This document shows, one piece after another, positions 6,412-10,317 of a stretch of 10,317 bases of DNA; positions within the stretch are counted from its first letter, which is position 1; every line of letters begins with the position of its first letter. Below the pieces are notes generated by a model, which saw nothing but the letters and a program-made list of their open reading frames with translations, did no database searches and was not told the DNA's origin. The stretch is taken from contig CBDDEL010000003.1 of NCBI GenBank assembly GCA_965226885.1, positions 1 to 10,317 on the forward strand, in the 5' to 3' direction. Source of the DNA: Opitutales bacterium (GTDB taxonomy: Bacteria > Verrucomicrobiota > Verrucomicrobiia > Opitutales > UBA2987). The position numbers and the translations under genes are program-made.

Positions 6412-6596
6412 ATGCCGTACTTCCGCGAATCTCACTACACAAAAAATTGCTGGCAGGCTTCACACCTGACCAGCGGGCGGGACTCGATAAAGTGTCTGCT
6501 CAAAAGGGGCGATCACTGGCGGGCCTGGTGCGCGATGCTGTTGACCGACACCTTCAAAGTGTCGCAGACGACCAGGGGCAAGGAATCAGAAAGTGA
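6412..6596 (+). pseudogene. RHH/CopG-like regulator interrupted by a 1-nt frameshift at A6 (6441-6446)
   Basis: AGGAG RBS plus ATG 6412 gives MPYFRESHYTK. The -1 frame continues KLLAGFTPDQRAGLDKVSAQKGRSLAGLVRDAVDRHL (RHH pattern) to TGA 6596. One extra A joins the two frames. Confidence 0.6.
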
Positions 6597-6668
6597 GGGG
6601 TGCGCGATGTGGAGATGGATCGAGCGAGCGCGGGAAGGGCGTACCGTTCAGGTTTTGATGGAGCGGAC

Positions 6669-6727
6669 AAAAAAAAGGTCGCCAGCGGCTAACTGGCGAC
6701 CCTCAAAAATGATGCTCCTATGTGACG
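6669..6727 (-). ncRNA. Predicted ~58-nt antisense small RNA 1
   Basis: Promoter TTGACT(6761-6756)-N17-TATATT(6738-6733); perfect 9-bp terminator stem 6677-6685/6693-6701 followed by U8. Confidence 0.6.
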
Positions 6728-6777
6728 CAACCAATATAATCCAAAAAAAATGAGAAGTCAAAGAAAAGGGGGTAGCG

Positions 6778-7038
6778 ATGTGGCTCTACACGAAAGAGGG
6801 CGAGGCTTTCGAGACTTTGACGTGCCTGGAGACGGGGGCACAGGTGATACGATCAGGCGAGGGTGCAGAACTCTGGTGGCGCGGGAATGTGATCGACCGA
6901 CCGCTTGAGCAAGACGAAATGAAACTTGCCTCGAATGATGGCGAGCGGCATTTTCAGGTAATATGTGACGCGCTCCTGGACAAAGGCGATCTGGCCGGAT
7001 ATGCGGGGCCTGTGAGGTACCCGGTACCTGGGGAATAA
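6778..7038 (+). CDS. Hypothetical protein, copy A (86 aa)
   Basis: 73/86 aa identical to 8547-8813 with many synonymous differences; AAGGGGG RBS. Confidence 0.85.
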   Translation: MWLYTKEGEAFETLTCLETGAQVIRSGEGAELWWRGNVIDRPLEQDEMKLASNDGERHFQVICDALLDKGDLAGYAGPVRYPVPGE

Positions 7039-7064
7039 TAGAAAGGGAGAGATAGGATGCTCAA

Positions 7065-7323
7065 ATGAATTTTTGGCCGAGCAAAAGATGAACCTATTAG
7101 AGAAAAAACTGGAATACGAACTTTGGAAAATGGAACTCGTGTTCAAGATTGAGTTGTCGAGAAACCGTGCCGCCCAAAAGGAACTGTCGGAAAAAGAGCC
7201 GGTTTTTTGAAGCAGATAGAAAAGATAGAAAAAGACCTGAAGATAACGCAAGCGACCTATGACAGCTTAAACGCTTTACACACAGCCGAAGTGGGCAAGC
7301 TGGCGAAATTCGGGGGGGGATGA
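7065..7323 (+). pseudogene. Coiled-coil-like small protein apparently broken at two T tracts
   Basis: Adding one T at 7070-7074 and one at 7203-7208 gives MNFLAEQKMNLLEKKLEYELWKMELVFKIELSRNRAAQKELSEKEPVFLKQIEKIEKDLKITQATYDSLNALHTAEVGKLAKFGGG. The intact middle piece is 7088-7210. Confidence 0.4.
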
Positions 7324-7389
7324 CAGGCGCAAAGGAGCGCAGTACCGCGGCAAAGCGTTTTTTAACCTGGGGGTGAGGACAAGCGTAAG

Positions 7390-7698
7390 ATGCCAAGATC
7401 GAATCCGTTTAATCCGGGCGATCCGGTCGATGTGGTGAATTGGGAAATCTTCGAGGACGTGGCCGCGAGCTATCCGATGACGTTTGAGCAGTTGTGTTCT
7501 CGGATGCTCTACGGCGAACCAACCGACAGCCTCGTGGAGTTTGTCGCGGCCAAAGTTGGCGAGATGGTGCAAGCGGGCGTTCTGCTCGAGTACGGGGATG
7601 TGTTGAGCATTCCGGCCAATAGACCGAGGCGGCCAAAGGCGAAACGACAGCCTCGGACAAAGAAAGAGGCGGATCCACGCCAGGCAGTTTTGTTTTGA
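7390..7698 (+). CDS. Hypothetical protein (102 aa), possibly winged-helix-like with a basic tail
   Basis: GAGGA RBS; helix then MVQAGVLLEYGDVLSI (wing-like), followed by an R/K-rich C-terminus. Confidence 0.6.
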   Translation: MPRSNPFNPGDPVDVVNWEIFEDVAASYPMTFEQLCSRMLYGEPTDSLVEFVAAKVGEMVQAGVLLEYGDVLSIPANRPRRPKAKRQPRTKKEADPRQAVLF

Positions 7699-7776
7699 GA
7701 GGCGTATAGGCGCGATTTAAGAGCCGTCCCGAGCGGGGAGCCGGGATTACACGCATGCGCGCGCGCGGAAAACCAC

Positions 7777-7805
7777 TTGACAGAGTGTATTTTTCTTCTT
7801 ATTGT
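7777..7805 (+). promoter_or_regulatory. Sigma70-like promoter
   Basis: TTGACA(7777-7782)-N17-TATTGT(7800-7805). Confidence 0.65.
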
Positions 7806-7809
7806 ATGC

Positions 7810-7912
7810 CTGATACCCAATATATAGGAATCGGCTATCCCCCACACTGCGGCTTTTGCCGCCAGCCTTTTGCGTCCAAAGTCCGATCCTATATGGCTCT
7901 TTTGGGTATCAG
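7810..7912 (+). ncRNA. Predicted long-stem structured RNA or leader
   Basis: 7810-7820 pairs with 7902-7912 (11 bp perfect), 7822-7829 with 7887-7894, and 7831-7834 with 7883-7886; inner hairpin GCGGC-TTTT-GCCGC; begins at the predicted transcription start. Confidence 0.5.
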
Positions 7913-7939
7913 CGCAGAAGGCTACCTTTCTTTGTCTCA

Positions 7940-7999
7940 AAACTCCCTCTCCCAAGCAGTAAACTCTCTCCCAAGCAGTAAAACTCCCCCACAAGTAGT
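7940..7999. repeat. Three tandem 19-21 bp imperfect direct repeats (iteron-like)
   Basis: AAACTCCCTCTCCCAAGCAGT, AAACTCTCTCCCAAGCAGT, AAACTCCCCCACAAGTAGT. Confidence 0.85.
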
Positions 8000-8047
8000 T
8001 ACAAAAAGATTTAGTCCAAATAGGGCTATTTGGTGCAGGCATATCAC

Positions 8048-8130
8048 AAAAAAAAACCCCGATGGACGGAACCCACCGGGGCAAATATAGAAGCGACCGA
8101 AGATGGCCAGTAATCGGCAGCGACAAGTAC
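8048..8130 (-). ncRNA. Predicted ~83-nt antisense small RNA 2
   Basis: Promoter TTGACA(8165-8160)-N17-TAAATT(8142-8137); terminator CCCCGGTGGG-ttccg-TCCATCGGGG (G-U pairs on minus) followed by U9. Confidence 0.62.
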
Positions 8131-8236
8131 AAGACCAATTTAGGCTTTCGATGGTTTGGTGTCAACCGTTTTTAGACAGAAAGGGAATTGTCATGGCTGA
8201 CATGGTGGACAATCCACTGGCGATCACCAGGGAGGA

Positions 8237-8572
8237 GTGGCAAAGAAAGCACGCGAACAAGCAGAAATCTTTTCAATCCCAGATAGACCGCGGTTAGAGG
8301 TGGTCACGGCTGAAAGCATAAAGCTGGATCGCGCACCGGACAGGTCGAGCAACCCGTCACTACGTGGCGAATTGTTGGGATGGGTGATTGACAAAGAACA
8401 AGCGCACATGAAAGGATTCACACCGGAGCGGCGATTTTTCCTTATCTGGAAAAAGGCGCAATCACTGTATGAAACGCGCCTGCATAAAAGACTACCAAAC
8501 GACAAGGTAAAAAAAATGAGAAGTCAATTTTTACAAGGGGGTTGCTGTGTGGCTATACACTTCCGAAGGTGA
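8237..8572 (+). CDS. Hypothetical protein (start and end uncertain)
   Basis: Open frame from a GTG. It overlaps an RBS-backed short ORF (8193-8297) in another frame and the next gene, so its boundaries may be affected by indels. Confidence 0.45.
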   Translation: MAKKAREQAEIFSIPDRPRLEVVTAESIKLDRAPDRSSNPSLRGELLGWVIDKEQAHMKGFTPERRFFLIWKKAQSLYETRLHKRLPNDKVKKMRSQFLQGGCCVAIHFRR

Positions 8573-8813
8573 CGCTATCGAGACCATCACATGCCTGACG
8601 AGCGGCGCACAAGTCCTGCGGTCGGGAGAAGGCGCGGGTGCAGAATTGTGGTGGCGTGGAAATGTCATAGATCGCCCACTTGAGCAGGATGAGATGAAAA
8701 TTGCGCCGTCTGATGGCGAGCGGCACTTTCAGGCGATATGCGATGCACTCCTGGACAAAGGCGAGTTGGCGGGATACGCGGGGCCTGTGAAGTATCCCGT
8801 GCCCGGCGAATGA
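8547..8813 (+). CDS. Hypothetical protein, copy B (88 aa)
   Basis: Paralogue of 6778-7038; GTG start, AAGGGGG RBS. Confidence 0.85.
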   Translation: MWLYTSEGDAIETITCLTSGAQVLRSGEGAGAELWWRGNVIDRPLEQDEMKIAPSDGERHFQAICDALLDKGELAGYAGPVKYPVPGE

Positions 8814-8833
8814 GACACACGAGAGGGTGAGCA

Positions 8834-9994
8834 ATGACAAACGAGAAGTTGAACGAGCACTTGGTGGCAATCTCCAAAGACGTGGCCGTTGCGCTATGGG
8901 GCGAACCCAACGCCAAACTATCCAAAGGCGACAAGTTACGATGGGGCAACAAGGGATCCAGAAGCCTTGACGCGGGCGAGGGCCTGTGGTACGACTTCGA
9001 GGCCAATACTGGCGGCGACGTCCTTGCACTTGTGGCAATACAGTGTAAAACAGACAGGCGCGGGGCCATCCAATGGCTGAAGGATAGCGGCTATTGGATC
9101 GAATCTCCCCCCAGACGCAATATGGGACATTTTAAGAGGCGATCTAATCGACCTACCCGACAACACAGAGCAAAGGCAGATCGGGCAAAGCCGCCAGCAC
9201 CAGCCAAAGAGAGCGAGACGGCGTTATATGCGAAAAGGCTATGGGGGCAATCAAAGAAGATCGGCAACAATGCCGAGCATCCCTTCAGACGCTGGACAAC
9301 GACCGGAGACAAGCCGGGGGTACTCCATCCCTATTGCGCGGTTCCTGGCGGGATCCGTTGGCATAGTGGCAGGGGGCTGATTGTCTGCGGGATTTTTTCC
9401 CTGAATGCATGGGGAACTGACGGCATTCCCAAAGGCGATCCGCTGGCGGTGCAGGCGCTGGCGCTTGACCAGAGCGGGGAAAACAGGTATTGCCTGGGAG
9501 AAAACAAAGACTTGCGCCGGTGCAGTTATGGGCCTGTTTCCGCTGGCGTCTTTATTTTGGGGGATCCAACAAGCGAGCGCGTGAACATTGTTGAAGGTGT
9601 GGCCGACGCGCTGGCGGTTTATAGCAGAGAGCCTGGGGCGGTTCTGGCAACGCTCGGCACGTCTGCCAAAATTGCCAACAAAGCGGATGTGATCGACTGG
9701 CTTTGCACAAAAGAGACGTGGCTATATCCTGACAACGACGAGAATAAAGCCAGCGAGAAGGGCACAGCGTCATTGATCAACGCCGTCAAAGTAAAAAGCC
9801 CTGACACTAAAATTAGGAAAGTGAGTGCCTGGGCTTTGGGTGATGATCCGGGTGAGTGGGCAAAGAGGACGCCATTCCCCGATATAGAAATATATGATTT
9901 TGAGGAAAAGAAAGGAATCCTTTTTGACAGTGGTATGGCCTGGGGAGAGGCCGACCGCATGGCAGTTCAAACTCTAATGGGGAGAGAGCAATGA
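8834..9994 (+). CDS. TOPRIM-domain DNA primase of mobile-element type
   Basis: N-terminal ZBD-like region (GLWYDFEANTGGDVLALV....AIQWL); TOPRIM motifs IVEGVADALAV, ATLGT and YPDND. Confidence 0.85.
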   Translation: MTNEKLNEHLVAISKDVAVALWGEPNAKLSKGDKLRWGNKGSRSLDAGEGLWYDFEANTGGDVLALVAIQCKTDRRGAIQWLKDSGYWIESPPRRNMGHFKRRSNRPTRQHRAKADRAKPPAPAKESETALYAKRLWGQSKKIGNNAEHPFRRWTTTGDKPGVLHPYCAVPGGIRWHSGRGLIVCGIFSLNAWGTDGIPKGDPLAVQALALDQSGENRYCLGENKDLRRCSYGPVSAGVFILGDPTSERVNIVEGVADALAVYSREPGAVLATLGTSAKIANKADVIDWLCTKETWLYPDNDENKASEKGTASLINAVKVKSPDTKIRKVSAWALGDDPGEWAKRTPFPDIEIYDFEEKKGILFDSGMAWGEADRMAVQTLMGREQ

Positions 9995-10317
9995 ATGAGA
10001 GTCGTGATTATGGCGAGGCCAAAGAAATAGAGGCAACGCCAGAGCAACGGGCCGAGCATTACAGAACAATGCCGCGGAAGGCTGTACCTATCAGCCAGAT
10101 CAAAGCGGAGTATCCCAACCCTATTTTGGCCGCAACAGGCAAGGGCAATGGGGCCGTGCTGACAGCTGCCAATATCTGCCTTTTGGCTGGTGAGGGCGGC
10201 ATTGCCAAGAGTGCTTTAACAATCTCGCTGGCGTTGGCTTATGCATGGGCCGGTGTAGAGGATCCAGACAATCCCAGAATGAAGCCTTTGACTGGCGGCA
10301 TTTTTGAGGGCATAGGT
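9991..10317 (+). CDS. RepA/AAA_25-type (RecA-fold) helicase, N-terminal part, truncated by the window edge
   Basis: ATG overlaps the primase stop (ATGA); frame stays open for 109 codons; ICLLAGEGGIAKSALTISLALA is a Walker A in a RepA-like context. Confidence 0.78.
   Translation, partial: MNESRDYGEAKEIEATPEQRAEHYRTMPRKAVPISQIKAEYPNPILAATGKGNGAVLTAANICLLAGEGGIAKSALTISLALAYAWAGVEDPDNPRMKPLTGGIFEGIG

Larger units (their letters stand above)
286..10317. mobile_element. Integrative/plasmid-like or phage-plasmid-like element (boundaries uncertain)
   Basis: Recombinase divergent from a regulator-small genes-primase-helicase operon, plus a Sak/RadC arm; no housekeeping, capsid or conjugation genes in view. 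Confidence 0.75.

Noticed and set aside
7940..7999. CRISPR array
   Set aside because: Repeats are directly adjacent with no spacers, only three copies, and no cas genes are present.
7755..8090. 111-aa plus-strand ORF
   Set aside because: Starts upstream of the predicted promoter, lacks an RBS, and runs through hairpins and non-triplet repeats; better explained as non-coding.
6778..8813. Diversity-generating retroelement TR/VR pair
   Set aside because: Differences are not adenine-specific (C/T and G/C third-position changes), both copies are full ORFs, and no reverse transcriptase is in the window.
6853..9970. Minus-strand ORFs in the right arm (e.g. 7509-8165, 8553-9038, 9619-9960)
   Set aside because: They overlap better-supported plus-strand genes or regulatory structure; no RBS or family signal.

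Overview
This window looks like part of a mobile element (integrative element, plasmid or phage-plasmid/satellite-like). It has two divergent arms centred on a Cre-like tyrosine recombinase gene (5173-6216, minus). The leftward arm encodes a DUF3072-like protein, RadC/JAB, several small hypothetical proteins, a putative ssDNA-binding protein, a Rad52/Sak-like annealase, a ribbon-helix-helix (RHH) protein and YkvA/DUF1232. The rightward arm encodes a frameshifted RHH regulator, a duplicated ~87-aa hypothetical gene, a TOPRIM primase and the start of a RepA/AAA_25-type helicase. The main unexplained structures are: (1) a loxP-like 13-8-13 site just upstream of the Cre-like gene; (2) a family of co-oriented hairpin elements separating the left-arm genes, two of which abut tRNA-Leu-3'-end-like fragments; (3) two promoter-to-terminator antisense small-RNA units in the right arm; (4) a promoter-driven ~105-nt long-stem RNA followed by three tandem ~20-bp repeats; and (5) a three-member family of small 'MW...CL...FQxI...KG' proteins. 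All family calls come from recognising motifs by eye; no searches were run.
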